From: Candidatus Omnitrophota bacterium
GTDB taxonomy: Bacteria > Omnitrophota > Gorgyraeia > Zapsychrales > Fredricksoniimonadaceae
Assembly (NCBI GenBank): GCA_043742785.1
Contig: JAYTXU010000006.1
Location: 5,269 to 69,268, forward strand
Direction: 5' to 3'
Length of the DNA stretch: 64,000 bases
Shown: positions 54,529-64,000 of the stretch, piece by piece
How positions within the stretch are numbered: position 1 is the stretch's first letter
Layout: every line of letters starts with the position of its first letter
The notes under the pieces: generated by a model
Databases searched by the model: none
What the model was told of the DNA's origin: nothing
The model's input: the letters and a program-made list of their open reading frames with translations, nothing else
Program-made: the position numbers and the translations under genes

Positions 54529-55635
54529 ATGGCACGAATTAGTATTAGAAATCTTCATAAAACCTATAAAGGCGGCCTTGCAGACGCCGTTAAGAATGTT
54601 AGTCTAGAAATTGCTGATAAAGAATTTCTAGTTTTAGTAGGCCCCTCTGGTTGTGGAAAATCCAGCATTCTTCGTATGGTAGCGGGTTTGGAAGAGATCA
54701 CTTCCGGAGAAATCTCGATTGATGATCGAGTGGTCAATGATGTTCCTGCCAAGGATCGTAATATTGCGATGGTTTTCCAGAATTATGCCTTATATCCTCA
54801 CATGACTGTTTTTGAAAATATGGCTTTTGGTTTGAAATTGCGCGGTTATCCTAAGCTTGAGATTGAAAAGCGTGTTTTTGAAGCAGCGGAGATTTTAGGG
54901 ATAAAGAAATATTTAGACAGACGTCCTCGTCAACTTTCTGGTGGTGAACGTCAGCGCGTCGCCTTAGGTCGCGCGATTGTTCGTAAACCTGCTGTGTTTC
55001 TTTTTGATGAACCTTTAAGTAATTTGGATGCTAAAATGCGTGTACAGATGCGTACGGAAATTCATAAATTACGTATGCGCCTACAGACAACTTTTATTTA
55101 TGTTACTCATGACCAGACAGAAGCTATGACTATGGGGGATCGTATTGTGGTTATGAAGGATGGAATTATTCAGCAATGCGAAGATCCGGTGACGATTTAT
55201 GATAATCCTAAGAATAAGTTTGTTGCTTCATTTATTGGTTCCCCTCCGATTAATCTAATGAAGGGTCGTATCGTTAAGCGTGAAAAAAGATTATTCTTTG
55301 ACGAAGGTAAGTTTCAAGTGAAGCTTGTTGAAGATATGATACCTAAAATGTCTTTTTATGAAGGAAAAGAAGTAACGATGGCTATTCGTTCAGAAGATGT
55401 TTATGATAAATTATTTGCATCAGAAGCTTCTGATGATAATACAGTGCGTGCAATCTGTGATGTAGTAGAACCATTAGGTTCTGAGGTCTATCTGTATTTA
55501 AGTGCGGGGAAACATAATTTTATTGCTCGCGTTGGGGCACATGATAGGCCTGAAGTAAATCGTGAAATGGATTTGGTTTTCGACATGAGCAAGGTGCATT
55601 TCTTTGATATCCAAACCGAAGAAACCATTGTTTAA
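54529..55635 (+). CDS. ABC transporter ATP-binding protein, MalK/UgpC/MsmX type (sugar importer ATPase)
   Basis: Walker [24 protein letters not shown], Walker [12 protein letters not shown], and a C-terminal regulatory (TOBE-like) domain. Confidence 0.85.
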   Translation: MARISIRNLHKTYKGGLADAVKNVSLEIADKEFLVLVGPSGCGKSSILRMVAGLEEITSGEISIDDRVVNDVPAKDRNIAMVFQNYALYPHMTVFENMAFGLKLRGYPKLEIEKRVFEAAEILGIKKYLDRRPRQLSGGERQRVALGRAIVRKPAVFLFDEPLSNLDAKMRVQMRTEIHKLRMRLQTTFIYVTHDQTEAMTMGDRIVVMKDGIIQQCEDPVTIYDNPKNKFVASFIGSPPINLMKGRIVKREKRLFFDEGKFQVKLVEDMIPKMSFYEGKEVTMAIRSEDVYDKLFASEASDDNTVRAICDVVEPLGSEVYLYLSAGKHNFIARVGAHDRPEVNREMDLVFDMSKVHFFDIQTEETIV

Positions 55636-56899
55636 GTTGTATTTTCTGCTTGTTTTTAGTTTCCTACTACCACTAGTGGGATTCTTCTTCTACGCCACAA
55701 AATATCATGTAGTATTCTTTTATTTAGCTGGATTATTAGCGGTTGTTATTGTTTTATTAATTATCTTCCATCGTCGTCTTTCCCAAAAACAATCATTGAT
55801 TGTTCTTCAAAAAGAAGAATATTTTGAAAAAACAAATATGCTGAAGGCTGAACTCAACGGGGAGTGGCAGAGTATTGAAGCTTTTCGGAGAAAGATTATT
55901 AATTATTCTCAGTTAAAAAATTTGACTGAGAAATTAAGCTTATGTTTAAGTTTGGATGAAACATCTAATGTTTTATCTGCAGAAATTGGGAGGCTTTTTG
56001 GACAAAAAGATATTACGGTGATTCTTTATCTTTTTCATTCAAAGTTGGGAGAATTAGGAATTTATTCGTCACAAAAAGGACAGATGCAGATTAATCTAAA
56101 AGCTAAAAAAGGAGATCTATTCGATCAATGGGTTGTTAAAACACTACATCCTTTACTTGTCGAAGATGCTAATAATGATTTTCGTTTTGATGTCGATAAG
56201 GTTTCTTTAGAAGATGCTCGTGAAATTCGCTCAGTGATTAGCGCTCCTTTGATGGAGGGTAAGAAGATTTTAGGAATATTGAGAGTGGATAGTTCTCTAC
56301 CTTGTCATTTTACGACAGAAGATCTTCGCTTTTTAAGAACTATTGCAGATTTGACTTCAATTGCTGTTGAAAATGCTCAATTGTATCAAAGCTTGGAAGA
56401 GTTAGCTATTAAAGATGGTTTAACGGGGCTTTATTTGCGTCGGCATTTGATGGCTCGTTTTGACGAAGAAATTGCCAGAAGTTTGCGCAGTAAACATGAT
56501 CTTTCTTTTTTGCTCATAGATATAGATTTTTTCAAGAAATATAACGATACATTCGGACATATTGCAGGGGATATTGTTTTATGTAATGTAGCTGATCTTT
56601 TAAAGAAAATCTTTATAGAGCCAGGAGATTTAGTGTGTCGTTATGGGGGAGAAGAGTTTTGTATTCTTTTGCCAGATTGTACTAACGCAAAAGCAGCTGG
56701 ATTAGCTGAAGAAGTTCGTAAAAGCATTCAAAATCAGCAGATTGTCTTGCGTCGACAAAAAACGAGCATAAGTGTCTCTATTGGAGTGGCTACCTTACCT
56801 AAGGATGCTAGACTTAAAGAAGAGCTTATTCTAAAAGCGGATGAATCTCTTTACAAAGCTAAGAGAGGAGGCCGTAATCAAGTATGTTTATCCTCTTAA
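55604..56899 (+). CDS. Membrane-anchored GAF-GGDEF diguanylate cyclase (no I-site)
   Basis: Two N-terminal TM helices, a GAF-like region ([12 protein letters not shown]...GILRVDS), and active site RYGGEEF. The I-site position reads EPGD rather than RxxD. TTG start is tentative. Confidence 0.75.
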   Translation: MISKPKKPLFKLYFLLVFSFLLPLVGFFFYATKYHVVFFYLAGLLAVVIVLLIIFHRRLSQKQSLIVLQKEEYFEKTNMLKAELNGEWQSIEAFRRKIINYSQLKNLTEKLSLCLSLDETSNVLSAEIGRLFGQKDITVILYLFHSKLGELGIYSSQKGQMQINLKAKKGDLFDQWVVKTLHPLLVEDANNDFRFDVDKVSLEDAREIRSVISAPLMEGKKILGILRVDSSLPCHFTTEDLRFLRTIADLTSIAVENAQLYQSLEELAIKDGLTGLYLRRHLMARFDEEIARSLRSKHDLSFLLIDIDFFKKYNDTFGHIAGDIVLCNVADLLKKIFIEPGDLVCRYGGEEFCILLPDCTNAKAAGLAEEVRKSIQNQQIVLRRQKTSISVSIGVATLPKDARLKEELILKADESLYKAKRGGRNQVCLSS

Positions 56900-57909
56900 T
56901 TATTCTTATGGTTGTTTTTGTTGGAGTGATGTTTTATATCATTAAGCTTGTTGCATTTCAATTAGAACAAAAAGCTGATGAAGATATTTTGAAATCAAAA
57001 CAAGCGTATCAAAATATTATTGAGCAAAAAGAAAAAGCGTATATTGAGAAAGGTCAATTGGAAAAAGAAGCAGCGCAGACATTTACTTTGTATGAAATGA
57101 CTAAGAGTATTAGCAGCCATTTAAGTGAAAAAGAAGCTTTTGATATCTTTATTCAGAAACTCAAAGAAAATATTTCAATAGAAGATTGTCAATTAGTAGC
57201 TGATTTAGGTGGAAAGAATATTCTTAAGGAAAAGATAATTCCTGAGGGGTATGGCATGTTTACTCTTAAAAGTAAGGAAGAAGATTTGGGATTTCTTGTT
57301 TACAAAGGAGTTTCAGAGAGAGATAAAGATAAATTTAATATTCTGGCACATCAATTTTCTTTAGCGTTAAAACGTATTAAACTTTATCAAGATCTGGAGC
57401 GTTTGGCAGTAACCGATGGGTTAACTAATGTCTATACTCGTCGACATTTCTTAGAGCGTTTTGATGAAGAAGTTAAGCGTGCAGCTGCCAAGAAGATTAA
57501 GCTATCTTTGTTAATGCTAGATGTGGATCATTTTAAAATGGTTAATGATCAATTTGGTCATTTGGCAGGGGATTATGTCTTGAAAGAAGTCGGATTGGTT
57601 ATTAAAGAAAGCATTCGTGAGATTGATATTGCTGGTCGTTATGGAGGTGAAGAGTTTTGTATTGTGTTACCTGAAACGGATTTAGAGGGGGCTTTTTTGG
57701 TGGCAGAACGTATTCGTAAAGTTACTGAAGAGAGAATGATTAAAGCTTATGATGCATCCATCCGCATTACATTAAGTATTGGTGTTTCCACCTATCCTTC
57801 AAATGGTAAACAAGTCGAAGAGCTTATTGATAAAGCTGATTGGTCTCTTTACCGTGCCAAGAGTCAAGGGCGTAATTGTGTCGTAGCTTTTGGAAAATAT
57901 AATCAATAA
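56884..57909 (+). CDS. Membrane-anchored GGDEF diguanylate cyclase with RxxD inhibitory site
   Basis: One N-terminal TM helix, a degenerate GAF-like region, and REID-IAG-RYGGEEF (canonical I-site spacing). Paralogous to the upstream gene. Confidence 0.75.
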   Translation: MFILLIILMVVFVGVMFYIIKLVAFQLEQKADEDILKSKQAYQNIIEQKEKAYIEKGQLEKEAAQTFTLYEMTKSISSHLSEKEAFDIFIQKLKENISIEDCQLVADLGGKNILKEKIIPEGYGMFTLKSKEEDLGFLVYKGVSERDKDKFNILAHQFSLALKRIKLYQDLERLAVTDGLTNVYTRRHFLERFDEEVKRAAAKKIKLSLLMLDVDHFKMVNDQFGHLAGDYVLKEVGLVIKESIREIDIAGRYGGEEFCIVLPETDLEGAFLVAERIRKVTEERMIKAYDASIRITLSIGVSTYPSNGKQVEELIDKADWSLYRAKSQGRNCVVAFGKYNQ

Positions 57910-57918
57910 ATAATTTTT

Positions 57919-59511
57919 ATGAGAATATCTTCAAAAATATTTTTACTTGTAGCTGCGCTTCTAGGATTTTTAGGGGGAAACGCTTTTATGTCTTGGCAGG
58001 AGATTAATAAGATTAAGGGAGAATTTAATGAGGTCGTCAAAGATGATTTGACCTTGATGGAATCCGCAACAACACTTAATGAGTTGCAGTTTAAGAAAGA
58101 GATTATTTTTGAGAAATTGATAAGTTCTGCAGAAGAATTGTCCTTTGGAAATGCTAATCAGAGCAGGCGGCAATATTTGTTGGATTATACAAAAGATTTA
58201 AACAAACAATTTCAAGAACATGCTTTTCTAACGAATGAAGAGATTGAAAAAGTCTTAAGATTGTCGGGTTCTTTCAAGGCTTTAAGTCTAATGTTTGAAG
58301 ATGTTAAAGAAACAATGATTCTTTATGATCGAAAGATAAAAGGTATTTTTATGGCGGTTTCTGGAAGTGGGTATCAGCTTTCTATGGAAGATCTAGATCA
58401 AGTTGAGTCTGGGCAGGCAGTTCTTTCTAAGAGTCTTAAGAAAGCATTAGCAGAAGTTTGGTTAAAAGTAGATGGATCAGTAGAAAAAATTAATTTATTA
58501 CAGAAGAAAAGTCAGAATATTTTATGGATCAGTTTAATTATTAGTTTGATTTTTTCTTTAATCTTAGCTTCTGCTATTATTCGACGTATTCATATTTCTT
58601 TAAAAACTTTAGTTGAAGGGGTGAGGGCATTGTATCAAGGGCAATTAGGTTCTCATGTAGAGATTTATTCCTCGGATGAGATAGGGGAATTAGCTAGAGC
58701 ATTTAACCATATGAGTGATCAACTTAAAAGTTACCAAGAAAATATGCAAAGAAAAAATGTTGAATTAGCGGGTAGTCTTGAGATGACCAAAAAACAAAAA
58801 TTAGAACTTGAGAGAATTAATAGGGATTTAGATCGTTTTGTGCATTTAATCAGCCATGATATTTATGGTCCTATTACAGCGATCATTGGTTATGGCGATT
58901 ATCTAGAAAAGTATAAAGAGAAACTTGATCCTAAAACCCAACTGGTTGTTAATCATTTAAGACAGGTTAGTGATCGTTTGAGCGCAATGGTTTTAGATCT
59001 TGTAGAGATGACAAAAATTACGCGTATGCGAAAGCCGTTTGAAGAAATAGAAGTGTTTTCTTTATTAGAAGAAGTTCTAAAGAGGCAGAAATTTAATATT
59101 CAAAAGACTTCTGCAGTTATACGATTGGCAGATAGTTTTCCAACTATTATGGGGGATCGGCTAAAATTAACGGTCGTATGGTTTAATCTTATTGGTAATG
59201 CTATTAAGTATTCTTCCAACCATAGCCACAAGCCTCAGGTTGAGATTTCTTGGGTTAAGCGTCCGCAGGACTTCCTATTTTGTATTAAAGATAATGGAAT
59301 TGGAATAGCTCCTGAATATTATCAGGATATTTTTGATATGTTCAAACGTTTGCCTGAAGCAGAGGGTTTTCAAGGTTCAGGAGTTGGTTTGGCTATTGTT
59401 AAAGAGATTCTTCAGGAGCATGGAGGACAAATTTGGGTTGAATCAGTTGTTGGTAGTGGTTCACAGTTCTTTTTTACCATCCCCCTTGAATCCTCATCCT
59501 GTTTAGGTTAG
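57919..59511 (+). CDS. Sensor histidine kinase (TM - extracytoplasmic domain - TM - HAMP - HisKA - HATPase_c)
   Basis: Two TM segments flank a domain of about 170 aa. HAMP (SDEIGELARAFNHM), H-box FVHLISHDIYGPI, N box NLIGNAIKYS, and G boxes DNGIGI / GSGVGLAI. Confidence 0.8.
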   Translation: MRISSKIFLLVAALLGFLGGNAFMSWQEINKIKGEFNEVVKDDLTLMESATTLNELQFKKEIIFEKLISSAEELSFGNANQSRRQYLLDYTKDLNKQFQEHAFLTNEEIEKVLRLSGSFKALSLMFEDVKETMILYDRKIKGIFMAVSGSGYQLSMEDLDQVESGQAVLSKSLKKALAEVWLKVDGSVEKINLLQKKSQNILWISLIISLIFSLILASAIIRRIHISLKTLVEGVRALYQGQLGSHVEIYSSDEIGELARAFNHMSDQLKSYQENMQRKNVELAGSLEMTKKQKLELERINRDLDRFVHLISHDIYGPITAIIGYGDYLEKYKEKLDPKTQLVVNHLRQVSDRLSAMVLDLVEMTKITRMRKPFEEIEVFSLLEEVLKRQKFNIQKTSAVIRLADSFPTIMGDRLKLTVVWFNLIGNAIKYSSNHSHKPQVEISWVKRPQDFLFCIKDNGIGIAPEYYQDIFDMFKRLPEAEGFQGSGVGLAIVKEILQEHGGQIWVESVVGSGSQFFFTIPLESSSCLG

Positions 59512-59589
59512 AATATCCCCTAGTTAATAAGCAAATATTCTCCTCGGTAACTGCCTGCTCGGTAGATAGGCAAAATTTGTAAGGATTTT

Positions 59590-60519
59590 ATGAAGAAGTA
59601 TGTGGTTGGCGTAGATGTTGGCGGTACCAATATTAAATTAGGTTTGGTTCATCCACGAGGTTATGTTATTGCTCGAAGTCATTTTCCTACAAAGCCTTTT
59701 AGCTCTTCAAAAAAGAAATTAATTGGTATTTTAGCTCATGAGATTGAGAAAATAATTTCTTCTGGAGGGTTAAAAGTTAAAGAGGTCGCTGGTGTTGGAA
59801 TTGGTCTACCAGGGCTTGTTGATTATGATAGGGGGATCGTTCGTTTTCTACCTAATATTCAGGGCTGGAAAAATGTTCCTTTAAGATCAATTTTAGAAAG
59901 AAAACTAAAATTTCCAGTTTTTGTGGATAATGATGTGAAATTGATTACTTTGGCAGAATGGAAATTTGGTGCGGGGCGTGGTGTTAAAAATTTAATTTGC
60001 TTAACGCTTGGTACGGGAGTTGGAAGCGGATTAATCTTAGATAATCATCTTTATCGAGGGAGCGCAAATGGAGCGGGAGAGTTAGGGCATATGCCTCTTA
60101 ATGAAGAGGGGCCTGCTTGTAATTGTGGTGGGTTTGGTTGTTTTGAGAAATATGTGGGAAACAGAGCATTATTCGCTTTGGCAAGCCGAATGATGGGGAA
60201 GCCTGAAATGACTACTCAGAAAATGTTTGCTTTAGCGAGCGATGGAAATTTAAAAGCATTAAAGTTTTGGAAGGTAGCAGCAACACATATTGGCAATGGG
60301 ATGGTTGGAATTATTAATTTATTTAATCCAGAGTTGATTGTCATAGGTGGCGGAGTGGCTAATAATGAAAAATATCTTTTTCCTGTTATCAGGGAAGTAA
60401 TTAAAAAGAGATCTATGGTTTTACAAGGTTCAATGGTTAAAATCAAACGGGCTAAATTTGGCGATGATGCGGGTATTATTGGAGCGCAGGTCTTAGTTTA
60501 TAATGCAAAAAGAACGTAA
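59590..60519 (+). CDS. glk: ROK family kinase (probable glucokinase)
   Basis: VGVDVGGTNIK and the ROK zinc motif GHMPLNEEGPACNCGGFGCFE. Confidence 0.75.
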   Translation: MKKYVVGVDVGGTNIKLGLVHPRGYVIARSHFPTKPFSSSKKKLIGILAHEIEKIISSGGLKVKEVAGVGIGLPGLVDYDRGIVRFLPNIQGWKNVPLRSILERKLKFPVFVDNDVKLITLAEWKFGAGRGVKNLICLTLGTGVGSGLILDNHLYRGSANGAGELGHMPLNEEGPACNCGGFGCFEKYVGNRALFALASRMMGKPEMTTQKMFALASDGNLKALKFWKVAATHIGNGMVGIINLFNPELIVIGGGVANNEKYLFPVIREVIKKRSMVLQGSMVKIKRAKFGDDAGIIGAQVLVYNAKRT

Positions 60520-62716
60520 AATTAATACAGGTCATTCATTTTATTTGCTAGCTTTAGCTGGTTTATTTTTATTTCCTTCCCAGGTTTTTTCTTCATCTAA
60601 TCCTTACAATGAAACAGGTTTTGATTTAAAAGATAAGAAATCTTTTGATATCAAGCCTGAGAAAGTTAAAGCTGTTCAATTAGAAGCGGATCAAGTTCAG
60701 TTTTCTCAAGATAATAATAAGGCTATTGCTAGCGGCAATGTAGTTGTTAAAGCGGAGACAACAACTCTTTATGCTGAACAAATGGAACTTGAGAAGACTA
60801 TTGGAGAAGCTGTTGCTAGTGGGCATGTTTATATTGATTCTGCTCAAATGCAGGTTGATGCGGATAAGGTGAAGTTTAATTTTAACAATGGGACGGGCAA
60901 GTTTCAAAATGCTAGGATTTTTAACGGACCTTTTCAGATTAAAGGAGAAACGGTCAGTAAGGTTACAGAGAATCACATGGTTATGGAACATGGTTTTTTA
61001 ACGACCTGTGATTTTGATGAACCACATTTTCGTTTAGCTACTCGTAAGATGGACATTTATCAGGGGGATAAGGCGATTGCTAATGGAATCACTATGTTTT
61101 TGGGCAAGGTTCCTGTGATGCATCTTTCACGCTATGTTCAAGATTTAAAAAACAAGCCTATTTTTGTCGTAACGCCTGGTTATAAGAAAGATTTTGGGGC
61201 GTTTTTATTGACAGAGTTGCGTTTAAAATTATCAGATCGTGTGAGTGTTGTTGTTCATGGGGATGTTCGCGAGAGAACAGGTTTTGGCGAGGGAGTTGAT
61301 GTTAAGTATGATACCCCTAATTTTGGAGCAGGTGTTGTAAGAACTTATTACACTCATGAAAATGCTATTGCATCTAAACATTTATGGGATGTTCGGGATA
61401 GTACGGGAGTTAAAAAAGGTCCAACCATTAGACATGAATTATATAGAATAGAATGGCGTCATAAATGGCAAATTGATAGAGATACTAATGCTATTTGGCA
61501 ATACTATAAGGTTCATGATTGGGATTTGGCTAATATGGGCTTTATAAAGAAATATTTTGAACGGGAATTCCGTCGTGGGCCAGATGTTAACACATATTTT
61601 ATATTAACTAGAAATTTGCCTCGAGGTATTTTGACGTATCGCATTAATGCCAGTCGTGTTAATCCTGCTTTGCAGTCTGTCGACTATTTACCTGAAGTTA
61701 GGTACGATTTAAGTGGTCAGGAAATAGGAGACACCAATTTCTATTTAGAAACAACAGATACTTTTTCTAACATTCAGAATTCACAGCCTGACAATCACAT
61801 GAAGACGATGCGTTTTGATACGAACAATGAGGTTTCTTATCCTAAAAAAATTGGTTTTATTGAAACTCGTCCTTTTGTTGGTGGACAACATACGTATTAC
61901 AGCCGGACGAATAATATTAATGAGCGTTCAGTAATTAGAGGGCAGTTTAAAACAGGGATTGATTTAACAACTCATTTTTATCGTGTATGGAATTATCGTA
62001 ATAAGATTTGGGGTGTCGAGATGAATGGCCTTAGACATGTGGTGACTCCTTCAGTGACGTATACCTATGCACATTGGCCTTCGATTAGTGCGAGTCATTT
62101 TAATCAATTTGACTCAATCGATGCTTTGGCTCGAGCGCATAATTTACATTTGTCTTTAGAAAATAAATTTCAAACGAAACGGAATAATCGCTCTATCGAT
62201 TTGGTGCGGTTCATTCTTGAAACAGATTATAGTTTGATTCAAGCGGAGCCTGGTCGAAACTTTGGCCCCTATCTTTCAAGGCTTGAATATAATCCCATTG
62301 ATTGGTTAAGTTTTAGAGCGGATGGAAGTTATAATGGCCGTGAAGATTATTGGAATTATGCTAATTTTGACATGTATATTAATGGTGGAGACAAATGGTC
62401 TTTAGGTTTAGGTAAGCGTTTTGAACATCACTCGGAAGATCAGTTTACAACGGAATTAAAATATAAGATTAATCCTAAGTGGAAATTTAAGATATACGAT
62501 CGATTCTTGATTAATAAAGGAATTCTAAAAGAAGAAGATTATATTTTGACTCGAGATTTGCATGAGTGGGAAATGGATTTAGATTTTCACCAGGAAAGAG
62601 GTGGCGGCATGGGATTCTTTGTTGCCTTTAGGCTTAAAGCTTTTCCAGACATGGGGACTAGTCTTTATTCAAGTAGTTTTCATCAGCCTAAAGCAGGTTC
62701 GCAAAGCAGTTTATAA
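60503..62716 (+). CDS. lptD: LPS-assembly outer membrane protein LptD (OstA family)
   Basis: Signal peptide and an N-terminal OstA-like beta-jellyroll (ADQVQFSQDNNKAIASGNVVV...). A long aromatic-rich beta-barrel-like C-terminus follows. Family assignment by pattern only. Confidence 0.6.
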   Translation: MQKERKINTGHSFYLLALAGLFLFPSQVFSSSNPYNETGFDLKDKKSFDIKPEKVKAVQLEADQVQFSQDNNKAIASGNVVVKAETTTLYAEQMELEKTIGEAVASGHVYIDSAQMQVDADKVKFNFNNGTGKFQNARIFNGPFQIKGETVSKVTENHMVMEHGFLTTCDFDEPHFRLATRKMDIYQGDKAIANGITMFLGKVPVMHLSRYVQDLKNKPIFVVTPGYKKDFGAFLLTELRLKLSDRVSVVVHGDVRERTGFGEGVDVKYDTPNFGAGVVRTYYTHENAIASKHLWDVRDSTGVKKGPTIRHELYRIEWRHKWQIDRDTNAIWQYYKVHDWDLANMGFIKKYFEREFRRGPDVNTYFILTRNLPRGILTYRINASRVNPALQSVDYLPEVRYDLSGQEIGDTNFYLETTDTFSNIQNSQPDNHMKTMRFDTNNEVSYPKKIGFIETRPFVGGQHTYYSRTNNINERSVIRGQFKTGIDLTTHFYRVWNYRNKIWGVEMNGLRHVVTPSVTYTYAHWPSISASHFNQFDSIDALARAHNLHLSLENKFQTKRNNRSIDLVRFILETDYSLIQAEPGRNFGPYLSRLEYNPIDWLSFRADGSYNGREDYWNYANFDMYINGGDKWSLGLGKRFEHHSEDQFTTELKYKINPKWKFKIYDRFLINKGILKEEDYILTRDLHEWEMDLDFHQERGGGMGFFVAFRLKAFPDMGTSLYSSSFHQPKAGSQSSL

Positions 62717-62737
62717 ATCAACTAATATGGAGTTTGT

Positions 62738-64000
62738 ATGAATATCGCAATAATAGGTTCAGGGTATGTAGGGTTAGTGACGGGGGTATGTCTTTCCCAT
62801 ATTGGTCATCACGTTATTTGTGTGGATAATAATCCTGATAAAATAAAGAAATTAAAAAAAGGGGAAGTTCCTATTTATGAACCAGGCTTACAAGAAATGA
62901 TGCATGCCTGCATAAAGAAGAATAGATTAACTTTTTCTAGTTCAATTAAAGAAGCTTGTGGGAAGTCGTTGGTTATCTTTTTAGCTTTACCTACTCCTCC
63001 TAAGCCCAACGGGGATGCCGATTTAACCTATATTGAAGATGTTTCTAGGGAAATTGCTTTGAACATGGATTCGTATAAATTGATTGTAGAAAAATCGACT
63101 GTTCCTGCCGAAACGGGGAAGAAGGTTCGTCGTGTTATTCAACTTAATTTGCCCAAGAAATTTAAAAAGGGAAACAAAATTCTTTTAGATTTTGATGTTG
63201 CTTCGAATCCTGAGTTTTTAAAAGAAGGTTCCGCGGTGTATGATTTCATGAATCCAGATAGGGTTGTTTTGGGTGTTGAAAGCAAAAAGGCTGAAAAGAT
63301 TTTAAGAGAGGTTTATCAGCCGCTTAAAACTAAAATTTTGGTCACCAATATTGCTTCTTCAGAAATGATTAAACATGCATCCAATTCATTTCTTGCAACC
63401 AAGATATCTTTTATTAATGCGGTTGCTCAAATGTGTGATCGTGTAGGAGCAGATGTACTTAAGGTAGCTGAGGGAATGGGTTTGGATAAGCGGATTGGTC
63501 GTCAATTTCTTGATGCGGGGATAGGTTATGGGGGTAGTTGTTTTCCAAAAGATGTAGATTCCTTTATTCGTTTAGGAGAAAAAAGTGGTTATGATTTTGG
63601 ATTGTTGAAAGAAGTTCGTCGTATTAATGAAAATCAAAGACAAAGATTTTTGCAATTAATTGAAGAGAAACTTTGGAATATTAAAGATAAAACGATTGGT
63701 GTTTGGGGGTTGGCATTTAAACCTAATACAGATGATATGCGCAGTGCGGCTTCTTTAGAGATTATTGCTAAACTTAAAAGTGAAGGCGCCAAGGTTAAGG
63801 CGTATGATCCTAAATCAATGCACAATGCGGCTTCTATGCTTAAAGGGGTTGTTTTATGTGACAATCCTTATAGCGTGGCTGAAGATGCAGATGCTCTTTT
63901 GCTTTTAACGGAATGGCCAGAATTTAAGGAAGTTGATTTTACCTTAGTTAGAGATTCTATGCGTCAGGCAGTTATTTTTGATGGTAGAAATATGTTTGAT
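62738..64000 (+). CDS. ugd: UDP-glucose 6-dehydrogenase (3' partial; not in ORF track because no stop lies in the window)
   Basis: Hand translation MNIAIIGSGYVGLVTGVCLSHIGHHVICVDNN... gives the Rossmann motif GxGYVG. GYGGSCFPKD is the catalytic Cys motif. The frame stays open to nt 64000. Confidence 0.85.
   Translation, partial: MNIAIIGSGYVGLVTGVCLSHIGHHVICVDNNPDKIKKLKKGEVPIYEPGLQEMMHACIKKNRLTFSSSIKEACGKSLVIFLALPTPPKPNGDADLTYIEDVSREIALNMDSYKLIVEKSTVPAETGKKVRRVIQLNLPKKFKKGNKILLDFDVASNPEFLKEGSAVYDFMNPDRVVLGVESKKAEKILREVYQPLKTKILVTNIASSEMIKHASNSFLATKISFINAVAQMCDRVGADVLKVAEGMGLDKRIGRQFLDAGIGYGGSCFPKDVDSFIRLGEKSGYDFGLLKEVRRINENQRQRFLQLIEEKLWNIKDKTIGVWGLAFKPNTDDMRSAASLEIIAKLKSEGAKVKAYDPKSMHNAASMLKGVVLCDNPYSVAEDADALLLLTEWPEFKEVDFTLVRDSMRQAVIFDGRNMFD

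Overview
This is a gene-dense 64-kb stretch of a low-GC diderm bacterial chromosome (LptD, TatAC and HrcA/CIRCE are present). I count about 55 CDS and 2 tRNAs, almost all on the + strand; only three genes are on the - strand. I saw no rRNA, CRISPR array, transposase, integrase or prophage genes.

Gene blocks in order:
- accA (5' partial) and rlmN
- a secreted STI1-repeat protein (- strand)
- tRNA-Ala(GGC) and tRNA-Leu(CAA)
- nifS-like cysteine desulfurase
- birA-bioF-bioH-bioC-bioD-bioA
- mnmA, a MORN-repeat protein, pgi
- a fused NBD-TMD ABC-2 transporter
- tatA-tatC
- a 16-codon Lys-rich micro-gene (- strand)
- hemW, then a polyprenyl synthase (- strand)
- a DUF2059-like protein
- purB-purC-purS::purL-LOG-purQ-purM-purD
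- tsaC::LMW-phosphatase fusion-rpiB-glyA-nrdR, a BFN nuclease, cca
- ygfZ-like, a Cys/Met PLP lyase, a TPR-SPOR protein
- miaA-hflX
- CIRCE-clpB (natively lacking the N-domain), a permease
- CIRCE-hrcA-grpE-dnaK-dnaJ and an FmdB zinc ribbon
- a 2,048-aa secreted mosaic protein
- DUF1015, accD, a MalK-like ATPase
- two tandem TM-GAF-GGDEF cyclases and a HAMP histidine kinase
- a ROK glucokinase, lptD, ugd (3' partial)

The most unusual locus is the single-gene island at 46082-52228:
- It encodes a signal-peptide protein with an FBPase-class-3-like metallophosphoesterase core.
- Unrelated modules are joined by a recurring A-A-M-(T/N/L) junction that is conserved at nucleotide level (GCNGCAATGAC).
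- An 80-bp palindromic MITE/REP-like element is read through in frame.
- It ends in a GGIDLN-type C-terminal module.

Other points worth a second look:
- the stand-alone Lys-rich micro-gene
- an SD-sequestering structure ahead of birA
- several Rosetta-stone fusions
- a recurring promoter grammar (TTGACA-N16/17-TGnTATAnT), with CIRCE abutting the -10 at two of the four sites

All calls come from reading the sequence and ORF translations. No database search was run.
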